DNA of 64,000 nucleotides, taken from the NCBI GenBank assembly GCA_964567855.1, contig CAZMOE010000010.1, positions 7,531-71,530 of the forward strand. Direction: 5' to 3'. A program made the translations under genes and the position numbers. Every line of letters begins with the position of its first letter. Positions within the stretch are counted from its first letter, which is position 1. Below the pieces are notes generated by a model, which was not told the origin of the DNA, made no database searches, and saw nothing but the letters and a program-made list of their open reading frames with translations. Source of the stretch: an uncultured Prevotellaceae bacterium (GTDB lineage: Bacteria > Bacteroidota > Bacteroidia > Bacteroidales > UBA3663). Of the stretch, positions 1 through 8,034 are shown piece after piece.

Positions 1-860
1 TAATCTTGGAAGATAGTCTTCAGTTCATTTGCAGTCTGGTCAATAATACTGATGAATGGAAGAACAATTACTATTCGTTTGATATTAGGATGCGCTTTTG
101 CATGATGAAGAGCCCAGTTTAGGCTGGTCAATGTTTTTCCCATACCCGTTGGCAATGTCATAGAGAAACATCCCTGTGCCTCATTCGCTTTACCTTGTGC
201 GTAAAGTCTTACATCTGTTCTCAACTCATTCAGTGTGGAATCCTGTTTGAATAAATCAAAGCGTTTGTTAAGGGCATCCAATAGTACATCTACGTCAAGT
301 GACTTACAAGAACGTAAATCATACTGCTCTTTATGGAAATGTCGCTCTGTGTCGAGACTGTCTGCATCAACAAGTGCACTAAAAAGCAATCGTATAAATA
401 GTTCCTTTTGATAAACATCTCCAATCTTGTTAAATGAACTATTCTCACACATTGGTATAATGGCACAATCTTCTTTCAAAGCTTGTTGGATCTGATTCCT
501 CCTATTTTCGTCTTTTACACATAGATTTAGTGTTTCGAACAAAGTATCTCTATTGGGAAGTCCTGCGTGATGTCCTATAACTGGAAATGCAACATTGATT
601 AGTTTGTTCAGTCGTGCTATATAAGCACCCCATTTTGCATGTGGTTCCTTTTCTCCTCTTGACCTTATATAGTTTTGAAAGCCTTTGCTGTATTTACCAA
701 TATCATGCAGCAAACCACAATACGAATATATCTCGGCAAAATCATCTGCCAAAGCAAAAGACTTCATCAATGCTGCAACACCTTCACTATGTTGTTTCAT
801 TGACTGTTCTTCACCATCGCTGTTTTCAGAATGTGCTATATATTTACATTGTTTCAACAT
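1..860 (-). CDS. cas3: CRISPR-associated helicase/endonuclease Cas3 (N-terminal HD nuclease fused to SF2 helicase); 5' part, runs off the window
   Basis: Absent from the ORF track. Manual translation from ATG 860 gives MLKQCKYIAHSEN..QH..GLLHDIGKYS..PHA..GHHAGLP..LFSALVDADSLDTE (HD motifs), then TLPTGMGKT (Walker A) and IVIVLPFISIIDQTA. Confidence 0.93.
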   Translation of the reverse strand, partial: MLKQCKYIAHSENSDGEEQSMKQHSEGVAALMKSFALADDFAEIYSYCGLLHDIGKYSKGFQNYIRSRGEKEPHAKWGAYIARLNKLINVAFPVIGHHAGLPNRDTLFETLNLCVKDENRRNQIQQALKEDCAIIPMCENSSFNKIGDVYQKELFIRLLFSALVDADSLDTERHFHKEQYDLRSCKSLDVDVLLDALNKRFDLFKQDSTLNELRTDVRLYAQGKANEAQGCFSMTLPTGMGKTLTSLNWALHHAKAHPNIKRIVIVLPFISIIDQTANELKTIFQD

Positions 861-871
861 ATATACTTTTT

Positions 872-1057
872 TTACTCTTCTCTTTTTTCACCACGTTCTA
901 TTTCCCCTTTTGGCTTCTGAGCTTCAAAGAACTTTCTTATAGATAGTGGAGGCACAACGTCTCGTCTGGTGTTCTCACAGACTAAAGGATTCAGGGTACA
1001 ATTTGTACCCTAGTTGGATTTCAAATCTTCATTCCGACTTTTCATATCTGTTTTCAT
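872..1057 (-). pseudogene. Degenerate, internally deleted remnant of a Bro-N-like DNA-binding protein gene
   Basis: Frame reads MKTDMKSRNEDLKSN*GTNCTL...RDVVPPLSIRKFFEAQKPKGEIE..*, with an in-frame TAG at 1010-1012 where W (TGG) would be expected. From memory both halves resemble segments of Bacteroidales Bro-N proteins. Confidence 0.45.
993..1011. repeat. Perfect 19-bp palindrome AGGGTACAA-T-TTGTACCCT
   Basis: 9-bp arms are exact reverse complements. Confidence 0.9.
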
Positions 1058-1089
1058 CTATATTTTTAAGATTATATCTAATCTGCCTG

Positions 1090-1125
1090 CAAAGATAATA
1101 TCATACTCTCCCAAACCATGGGAGA
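1090..1125 (-). promoter_or_regulatory. Putative cas3 promoter (-7 TATCTTTG) with upstream inverted repeat TCTCCCA-N5-TGGGAGA (candidate operator)
   Basis: Reverse complement of 1090-1097 matches Bacteroidetes TAnnTTTG; perfect 7-bp inverted repeat at 1107-1125. Confidence 0.6.
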
Positions 1126-1160
1126 ACCTACAATTATTTTTATAAATTCAACCTTTTTAT

Positions 1161-2087
1161 TTATTTGTATAGTTCTAACGATTGCAATAATTCTTTTTTT
1201 ATTTCATTTGCAAATGTTTCTGGTTCTAACACTTTTATACTTTTCCCAAAACTCATGACACATCCCCTGAAATCGGGTGTGGGTCGGACATAATATGCAA
1301 AATCGGAATAATCGTCGCCTTGTGCAATTTCCTTCTGACTGGAATGCAAGGGCAAATCACGAATATAAAAACGCTGAAGCTCGTATACACGCAATACAAT
1401 TCGTATAGGCGAAATATGTTCGTTGACAAATACGCCATAGGATTCGCTGAAATAAGCATTGGCATCGAAATTTGGATTGAACTCAAATTTTATATTTGTA
1501 AGTTTTATATCGATAATACGGTCAAAAGAATAAACCGCAAAATAATCTCTCATTTCTTTTTTAGGAGTTGCATCATAATGAAAATGCCCCAGTACATACC
1601 ATCTTTGTTTAAAGAGTTTTATGCAATAAGGTTCGAAATTGGCGTTGGAAACTGTGTCCGTATCATATTTTCTGTAAGTTACCTCTATACGCACTTTCTT
1701 TTTCATTGCGTCAATGATAATTTGAAGATAATTAGCACATGGTATTTTTTCCAAAAGTATCCTGTCCTGAACAACTTTGCTCTCGCTCACAATATTACCC
1801 ACCGAGAGTGTCGATAACATCCAGTTTTGGACAGTGTCTTCATTCAATACATGAGCATTGTCTATGAAATATTTAAACCCATTCTTCTTATCACAATCTA
1901 TATATAAGCCAAAAATATCTTGAATAGCATCTTTATGGCGATGGAAAGTAGATTTTGCCAATTCTACTCCTCCGCTTAATTCTGTATTAAGCCATTTTCT
2001 CTGAATTTCATCAAATGTGATTTCATGAGCGGTATAGATAGTATTAACTAACCAAATGTATTCTTTAAATGTCTCAGTAGCTTTCAT
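1161..2087 (-). CDS. WYL-domain transcriptional regulator (HTH-WYL-WCX)
   Basis: N-terminal HTH (YIWLVNTI..KSTFHRHKDAIQDIFG), WYL core (EPYCIKLFKQRWYV..FDRI) and C-terminal PLHSSQ..SFGKSIKVLEP. Start moved to ATG 2087 because TAACTTTG lies at 2108-2115 on the minus strand. Confidence 0.92.
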   Translation of the reverse strand: MKATETFKEYIWLVNTIYTAHEITFDEIQRKWLNTELSGGVELAKSTFHRHKDAIQDIFGLYIDCDKKNGFKYFIDNAHVLNEDTVQNWMLSTLSVGNIVSESKVVQDRILLEKIPCANYLQIIIDAMKKKVRIEVTYRKYDTDTVSNANFEPYCIKLFKQRWYVLGHFHYDATPKKEMRDYFAVYSFDRIIDIKLTNIKFEFNPNFDANAYFSESYGVFVNEHISPIRIVLRVYELQRFYIRDLPLHSSQKEIAQGDDYSDFAYYVRPTPDFRGCVMSFGKSIKVLEPETFANEIKKELLQSLELYK

Positions 2088-2107
2088 ATGTTTTTCTGTT
2101 TTGGAGC

Positions 2108-2115
2108 CAAAGTTA
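2108..2115 (-). promoter_or_regulatory. -7 promoter element of the WYL gene
   Basis: TAACTTTG about 20 nt upstream of ATG 2087. Confidence 0.6.
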
Positions 2116-2417
2116 TAAAAAGAATTGTAGAATTCTGTGGAAGATGTTAAAAAACTACGGTAAAAAATGATAACGTCGAAATTTCGGTGTCCGGTATAGG
2201 GGTATGGAATCTTAGGGATGATGTTCAGATTCAAGATGTCGAGGTCCTGGACGTAATCTGCGATACCTTTGCCGTAGATTCCTTGATAGGGGATGTACAA
2301 TATGTTGGAGGATAAAAACGGAGATATTTTCGTTCATTATTAGAAGTGGTATATCTATTGTTTGTCTATGGCTTTGACTTTCATTTATTCCTTGTTTATT
2401 TTTTTCACTTTTAAATA

Positions 2418-2449
2418 TTTGCATATCTCTCTATTTCTTGCTATCTTCG
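2418..2449 (+). promoter_or_regulatory. ileS promoter (-33 TTTG, -7 TATCTTCG)
   Basis: TTTG at 2418-2421, 20-nt spacer, one-mismatch TAnnTTTG at 2442-2449. Confidence 0.6.
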
Positions 2450-2483
2450 CGGCCATGTTATATGCATAATTAGGCTTTTGGAA

Positions 2484-5400
2484 ATGAAAAAGTTTGCAGA
2501 ATATAATAGTTTTGATCTTTCTGAAATCAACAAGTCGGTTTTAAGCCATTGGGATGAAAACCAAGTTTTTGAAAAAAGCATGACCGAGCGGGAAGGATGT
2601 CCCTCTTATGTCTTTTATGAAGGCCCCCCGTCGGCAAATGGCATGCCGGGTATTCACCATGTCATGGCGCGTACCATTAAAGATACTTTTTGTCGCTACA
2701 AGACGATGCAGGGATTCCAGGTCAAGCGCAAGGCCGGTTGGGATACCCACGGTCTGCCGGTGGAACTCGGTGTCGAGAAGGCGCTCGGCATCACCAAGGA
2801 GGATATCGGCAAGACGATTTCCGTGGCCGACTATAACGCCACGTGTCGCAAGGACGTCATGAAATTCACCAAGGAGTGGACCGATCTGACCCACAAGATG
2901 GGTTACTGGGTGGATCTCGACAATCCTTATATTACCTATGACAACCGTTATATCGAAACCCTGTGGTGGCTTTTGAAGCAGCTTTATAAAAAAGGATTGC
3001 TTTACAAAGGTTATACCATCCAGCCCTATTCGCCGGCGGCAGGTACCGGATTGAGTTCTCATGAGCTGAATCAGCCCGGTTGTTATCGCGACGTGAAAGA
3101 TACCACCGTGGTGGGACAATTCAAGATGAAGAACCCGAAGCCGGAGATGGCCGCATGGGGAACGCCCTACTTCATAGCATGGACGACGACGCCGTGGACT
3201 TTGCCTTCGAACACCGCACTTTGTGTGGGGCCGAAGATCGATTACGTGGCTGTACAGACCTATAACGGTTATACAGGCGAGAAGATGACTGTTGTGCTGG
3301 CCAAGGCTTTGCTTTATACCCATTTCAATAAAAAGGCCGAGGCGATGGCCCTGGAGGACTATCGGCCGGGCGATAAGCTCATTCCCTTTAAAGTGGTGGG
3401 CGAATACAAGGGTGCCGATCTGGTCGGAATGCAGTACGAGCAGCTTATTCCGTGGGTGAAACCGGTGACCGTGGACGAGAACGGCCGTTGGTCGGTGGCT
3501 TCTGAGCTGGCTTTCCGCGTGATTCCGGGCGATTATGTGACGACGGAAGACGGTACGGGCATCGTGCACATCGCGCCGACATTCGGTGCCGATGATGCTT
3601 TCGTGGCGCGTGCTGCCGGGATTCCGTCTCTCTTCATGATCAACAAGAAAGGGGAGACCCGCCCGATGGTGGATCTGACCGGCAAGTTCTATCTGCTCGA
3701 TGAACTGGATGAGGCTTTTGTCAGTGAGTGTGTAGATGTCGATAAATATAAGGAATATCAGGGGCGCTGGGTGAAGAATGCCTACGACCCGCAGTTTACC
3801 GTCGACGGCAAGTATGATGAAAAGGCCGCCGCTGCGGCCGAGTCGCTCGATGTCTGTATCTGCATGATGATGAGACAGGGCAACCAGGCCTTTAAAATAG
3901 AGAAGCACGTCCATAATTATCCGCACTGCTGGCGTACCGATAAGCCGGTGCTCTATTATCCGCTGGACAGCTGGTTCATCCGTTCTACTGCCGCCAAGGA
4001 GCGCATGATCGAGCTGAACCGGACTATCAACTGGAAACCGGAATCCACCGGAACCGGACGTTTCGGCAAGTGGCTGGAAAATCTGAACGACTGGAACCTC
4101 AGCCGTTCCCGTTACTGGGGAACTCCGCTGCCGATCTGGCGCAGCGAGGAGGGTGAGGAGATCTGTATCGGCTCGGTGGAGGAACTTTATGATGAAATTG
4201 AAAAATCCATTGCCGCCGGCTTCATGAAGGCCAATCCTTATAAGGAAAAAGGTTTTGTGCCGGGCCTATACGACAAGGCCAATTATGAAAAGATCGATCT
4301 GCACCGTCCTTATGTCGATGATATCGTTCTCGTTTCGCCTTCCGGCAAGCCGATGAAGCGTGAAACCGACCTGATCGATGTCTGGTTCGATTCCGGCGCC
4401 ATGCCTTACGCTCAGTTGCATTATCCGTTTGAAAACAAGGAAATCGTAGATAACCGCTCTTACTATCCGGCCGATTTCATTGCCGAAGGTGTGGATCAGA
4501 CGCGCGGATGGTTCTTCACCCTGCATGCCATTGCTACCATGGTTTTTGACAGCGTGGCTTACAAGAATGTGATCTCCAACGGTCTTGTGCTTGACAAGAA
4601 CGGCAATAAGATGTCGAAGCGTCTGGGCAATGCCGTCGATCCTTTCGGCGCTATTGAAAAATACGGCTCCGACCCGTTGCGCTGGTATATGATTACGAAT
4701 TCCTCTCCATGGGATAATCTGAAGTTCGACACCGATGGAGTGGAAGAGGTGCGCCGCAAGTTCTTCGGCACGCTTTATAATACCTATTCTTTCTTCGCCC
4801 TTTATGCCAATGTGGATGGCTTTACCGGTGCCGAAGAAGAGGTGCCCGTTGCCGACAGGCCGGAGATCGACCGTTGGGTCATTTCGGAACTCAATACCTT
4901 GATCAAGAATGTAGATGAAAATTATAAGGCTTACGAACCTACGCAAGCCGGACGTCTGATCCAGAATTTTGTCGGCAATAATCTGTCGAACTGGTATGTC
5001 CGCCTGAACCGCAAGCGCTTCTGGGGCGGAGGTATGACCGAGGACAAGCTGTCGGCCTATCAGACCCTCTACACTTGTCTGGAGACGGTGGCCAAACTGA
5101 TGGCGCCCATAGCACCTTTCTACGCCGACAAGCTTTACGGCGATCTGGTTGTAGTGAGTGGTCGCGACAATGCGGTTTCGGTCCATTTGGCAAAATTCCC
5201 GACGGTGCAGGCCGATTTTATCGATGAGGCTCTGGAGCGTAAGATGGAGTTGGCGCAGACGGTTTCCTCCATGGTTCTCGCCCTTCGCAAGCAGGCGAAA
5301 ATCATAGTGCGGCAACCGTTGCAGACCTTGATGTTCCCCGCTGTCGATGCGGAACAGCAGGCCGATATCGAAGCTGTCAAGAATCTGATTCTGGCAGAGG

Positions 5401-5975
5401 TCAATGTCAAAGAACTGCAGATCGCCGATGCCTCGGCCCATGTGCTCGTGAAGCGGGTGAAGCCGAATTTCAGAGAGCTGGGCAAACGTTATGGCAAGCT
5501 GATGAAACCGCTGGCCGATGCGCTGACGGTGCTGGAGCAGGAGCAGATCGCCGCTTTGGAGCAACAGGGTGCCATCAAGCTGGATATTCAGGGGCAGCCG
5601 GTGGAGGTATTGTCCGGAGACGTGGAAATCATTTCCGAGGATATGCCCGGCTGGCTTGTAGCTCATGAAGGCCGTGTCACCGTCGCTTTGGACGTTACCG
5701 TCACTGAAGAACTGAAGCAAGAGGGCGTGGCCAGGGATTTGGTGAAACGTATTCAGAACTATCGCAAGACGTGTGGATTTGAAATTACGGACAGAATCCT
5801 TATCCGTCTGCAAAGTCATCCGGAATGCGACGCTGCCGTTGCCCGCTGCAAAGATTATATCGCTGCCCAGGTGCTGGCCTCCGATATCGAGATTGCGGCC
5901 GAACTTCCCGCTGATGCCGCTGTTCTGGAAATGGACGGCTATGAGATCCGCGCGTCGATTGTCAAGGCTGACTGA
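2484..5975 (+). CDS. ileS: Isoleucine--tRNA ligase (type 2)
   Basis: GPPSANGMPGIHH, GWDTHGLP, WTTTPWTLPSN, DWNLSRSRYWGTP, EGVDQTRGWF and KMSKR motifs. Confidence 0.98.
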   Translation: MKKFAEYNSFDLSEINKSVLSHWDENQVFEKSMTEREGCPSYVFYEGPPSANGMPGIHHVMARTIKDTFCRYKTMQGFQVKRKAGWDTHGLPVELGVEKALGITKEDIGKTISVADYNATCRKDVMKFTKEWTDLTHKMGYWVDLDNPYITYDNRYIETLWWLLKQLYKKGLLYKGYTIQPYSPAAGTGLSSHELNQPGCYRDVKDTTVVGQFKMKNPKPEMAAWGTPYFIAWTTTPWTLPSNTALCVGPKIDYVAVQTYNGYTGEKMTVVLAKALLYTHFNKKAEAMALEDYRPGDKLIPFKVVGEYKGADLVGMQYEQLIPWVKPVTVDENGRWSVASELAFRVIPGDYVTTEDGTGIVHIAPTFGADDAFVARAAGIPSLFMINKKGETRPMVDLTGKFYLLDELDEAFVSECVDVDKYKEYQGRWVKNAYDPQFTVDGKYDEKAAAAAESLDVCICMMMRQGNQAFKIEKHVHNYPHCWRTDKPVLYYPLDSWFIRSTAAKERMIELNRTINWKPESTGTGRFGKWLENLNDWNLSRSRYWGTPLPIWRSEEGEEICIGSVEELYDEIEKSIAAGFMKANPYKEKGFVPGLYDKANYEKIDLHRPYVDDIVLVSPSGKPMKRETDLIDVWFDSGAMPYAQLHYPFENKEIVDNRSYYPADFIAEGVDQTRGWFFTLHAIATMVFDSVAYKNVISNGLVLDKNGNKMSKRLGNAVDPFGAIEKYGSDPLRWYMITNSSPWDNLKFDTDGVEEVRRKFFGTLYNTYSFFALYANVDGFTGAEEEVPVADRPEIDRWVISELNTLIKNVDENYKAYEPTQAGRLIQNFVGNNLSNWYVRLNRKRFWGGGMTEDKLSAYQTLYTCLETVAKLMAPIAPFYADKLYGDLVVVSGRDNAVSVHLAKFPTVQADFIDEALERKMELAQTVSSMVLALRKQAKIIVRQPLQTLMFPAVDAEQQADIEAVKNLILAEVNVKELQIADASAHVLVKRVKPNFRELGKRYGKLMKPLADALTVLEQEQIAALEQQGAIKLDIQGQPVEVLSGDVEIISEDMPGWLVAHEGRVTVALDVTVTEELKQEGVARDLVKRIQNYRKTCGFEITDRILIRLQSHPECDAAVARCKDYIAAQVLASDIEIAAELPADAAVLEMDGYEIRASIVKAD

Positions 5976-6106
5976 AAATAAAGACACTATACAGAGAGAG
6001 ACGGTATTAAAATCTGCGGGGAGGCCTGGAATTGAACAATTGCCAGTGGTTTTACCTTAGATTTTAATACGCTCTCCAATCAAATAACTCCTTAAAAATA
6101 ATTACT

Positions 6107-6484
6107 ATGGCAGACGAAAAATTGCGCTATTCGGATGAAGAACTGGCAGAGTTTAAGGCTTTGGTTCTTCAGAAATTGGAAAAAGCAAACGAGGAATATG
6201 CAAACTTGCGTAATTTGCTTTCCAACGGAAACAACGGAGATTCAGATACCGCTCCTATTTTTAAAAATATGGATGATGGCGCGGAAGTATTGAAGCGGGA
6301 AGAGGCCGGCCTGATGGCTTCAAGACTGCAGAAGTTTATCAAAGGTCTGCAAGGAGCTTTGGTTCGTATAGAAAACAAAACTTACGGCGTTTGCCGGGAA
6401 ACAGGAAAACTGATTCCCAAGGAGCGGTTGCGTGCTGTTCCTCATGCGACTCTCAGCGTTGAGGCGAAAGAGAAGCGCCGTTAA
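6107..6484 (+). CDS. TraR/DksA family transcription factor
   Basis: Coiled coil followed by AL.RIENKTYGVCRETGKLIPKERLRAVPHATL; usual ileS-dksA-lspA synteny. Confidence 0.9.
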   Translation: MADEKLRYSDEELAEFKALVLQKLEKANEEYANLRNLLSNGNNGDSDTAPIFKNMDDGAEVLKREEAGLMASRLQKFIKGLQGALVRIENKTYGVCRETGKLIPKERLRAVPHATLSVEAKEKRR

Positions 6485-6502
6485 AATAAAAAACGATTTA
6501 TT

Positions 6503-7198
6503 TTGGCAAACAGGTTTATCAGCAAAGGGGCATGGGCCTGGGTGATCATTGTCGGTATCTTATTGGCCGATCAGATCACCAAATGCTATGTGAAACTTCA
6601 TTTCTTTTTGCGTGAAAGCGTTGAGGTCACCCCTTGGTTTTATATCTCTTTTATAGAAAATTCCGGAATGGCCTATGGCATGGAGCTGGGCAATAAGTTA
6701 TTTCTTACCTTGTTCAGGATTCTTGCCGTAGCCTTTTTCGGCTATGTCTTGTGGCGAAGTGTCAGGCGCGACATGAAACTGGGTTTCATCCTTTCGATGG
6801 CATTGGTTGTCGCGGGGGCGCTGGGGAATATTGTCGATTGTGTTTTTTACGGCCGGATTTTTACGGACAGTTACGGCCATGTCGCCCGATGGGCCTGCGA
6901 CGGTGCAGAAGGCTATGCCCCGTGGTTTTACGGTCGGGTGGTGGATATGCTTTATTTCCCCTTGATTGAGTTTAACTGGCCGGACTGGGTGCCTTATCGT
7001 GAGCAGCCGATGAATTGGCTCGGATTTACTTTCGGATGGCCCGGGTGGTTGCCTTGCAGCGATGAGCCGTTCCGCTTTTTCGAACCTGTGTTCAATGTTG
7101 CCGATGCGGCCATTTCGGTAGGCTTCGCACTCCTGATATTATTTTATCGCCGTCTTTTTGCCGAACTTGAATTGCCTTTTTTCAAGGGTGACAGGTAG
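6503..7198 (+). CDS. lspA: Lipoprotein signal peptidase II
   Basis: DQITK, NSGMAYG, GALGNIVD, VVDM and FNVAD motifs. Confidence 0.95.
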   Translation: MANRFISKGAWAWVIIVGILLADQITKCYVKLHFFLRESVEVTPWFYISFIENSGMAYGMELGNKLFLTLFRILAVAFFGYVLWRSVRRDMKLGFILSMALVVAGALGNIVDCVFYGRIFTDSYGHVARWACDGAEGYAPWFYGRVVDMLYFPLIEFNWPDWVPYREQPMNWLGFTFGWPGWLPCSDEPFRFFEPVFNVADAAISVGFALLILFYRRLFAELELPFFKGDR

Positions 7199-7223
7199 CC
7201 GGGCGGTATAGAAGTAGAAAGAT

Positions 7224-7985
7224 ATGAGATTGTTGGCACAACTTTTTTTTGTTTTTGTTACATCGCTGCTGGCCGGTGCGGTGACTTCATGCAGCCATAG
7301 ACCGGATCATGTTATCGCCTCTTCCAAGATGACCGATATTCTGGTCGATGTGCACAAGGCCGAAGGTCTTCTGGAAGTGCAGAGAGCCGTCTATCCGACC
7401 GATGCGGACAAGCAGGAGATTGTGGCTGCCGTTCTGGTCAAACATGGGGTGACGAGAGCCGAATATGATTCGTCGCTGGTCTGGTATTCTACCCATTTGA
7501 AAGATTTTATCCGTGTTTATGACCGAGTAAAAGATATTTTGCAGGCCGAAGAAGATTCTTTGACCGCGTTGCTGAATATCTATTATCCTTCGATTTCAGG
7601 AGATACCGTCAATCTGTGGCAGGGAAAGGACTATTTCCTTTTAGACAGGAAGCGACTTTCTTCGCTGTGGACCTGGGAGATTGTGTCCGACAGTACTTTT
7701 TTTGCCGGCGATTCGTTGGAGTGGCGGTTTGCCGTTTCCCACGTGCCTGTCGGCCATTATGGTGTCGTTGCCCTGACATTGCGGTATGACAAGGACTCTG
7801 CTCTGACGCAGACCGAGCTTCTGACCGCAGCCGGAGATTACTCTCTTGCGCTTAGAGCCGACAGCACCTTGACGTTGAAGAGCGTCGTGGGTTCATTCAA
7901 CCTTCTGACACGCAACGATTCTGTCGCAGAGGCGCCTTTGGGTGTCAGAGATATCGGATTGATGCGCTACCATATAAAGAGGTGA
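7224..7985 (+). CDS. DUF4296-like lipoprotein
   Basis: Lipobox VTSC; KMTDILVDVH..KHGVT.AEYDSSLVWY motif; lies after lspA. Confidence 0.8.
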   Translation: MRLLAQLFFVFVTSLLAGAVTSCSHRPDHVIASSKMTDILVDVHKAEGLLEVQRAVYPTDADKQEIVAAVLVKHGVTRAEYDSSLVWYSTHLKDFIRVYDRVKDILQAEEDSLTALLNIYYPSISGDTVNLWQGKDYFLLDRKRLSSLWTWEIVSDSTFFAGDSLEWRFAVSHVPVGHYGVVALTLRYDKDSALTQTELLTAAGDYSLALRADSTLTLKSVVGSFNLLTRNDSVAEAPLGVRDIGLMRYHIKR

Positions 7986-8034
7986 AAAGCCGGGAACCCT
8001 GTTTCCGGCAGTAGCAGACAAGGCTGGGTTTGAT

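Noticed and set aside
614-946. Plus-strand ORFs of 110 and 85 aa
   Set aside because: Antisense to cas3, which has clear HD motifs.
1010-1012. TAG recoding (alternative genetic code or pyrrolysine)
   Set aside because: TAG serves as a normal stop for lspA, dacB and metA; a single TGG-to-TAG mutation in a pseudogene is simpler.
860-1160. Possible CRISPR array or mini-array near cas3
   Set aside because: Several TGAAA motifs occur, but there are no regularly spaced ~30-37-nt repeats here, and none were noticed elsewhere in the window.
2088-2300. N-terminal 71-aa extension of the WYL ORF
   Set aside because: It spans the gene's own promoter; domain similarity starts at MKATETF.
2541-5987. Long minus-strand ORFs (461 and 573 aa)
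   Set aside because: Antisense shadows of ileS caused by codon bias; no recognisable motifs.
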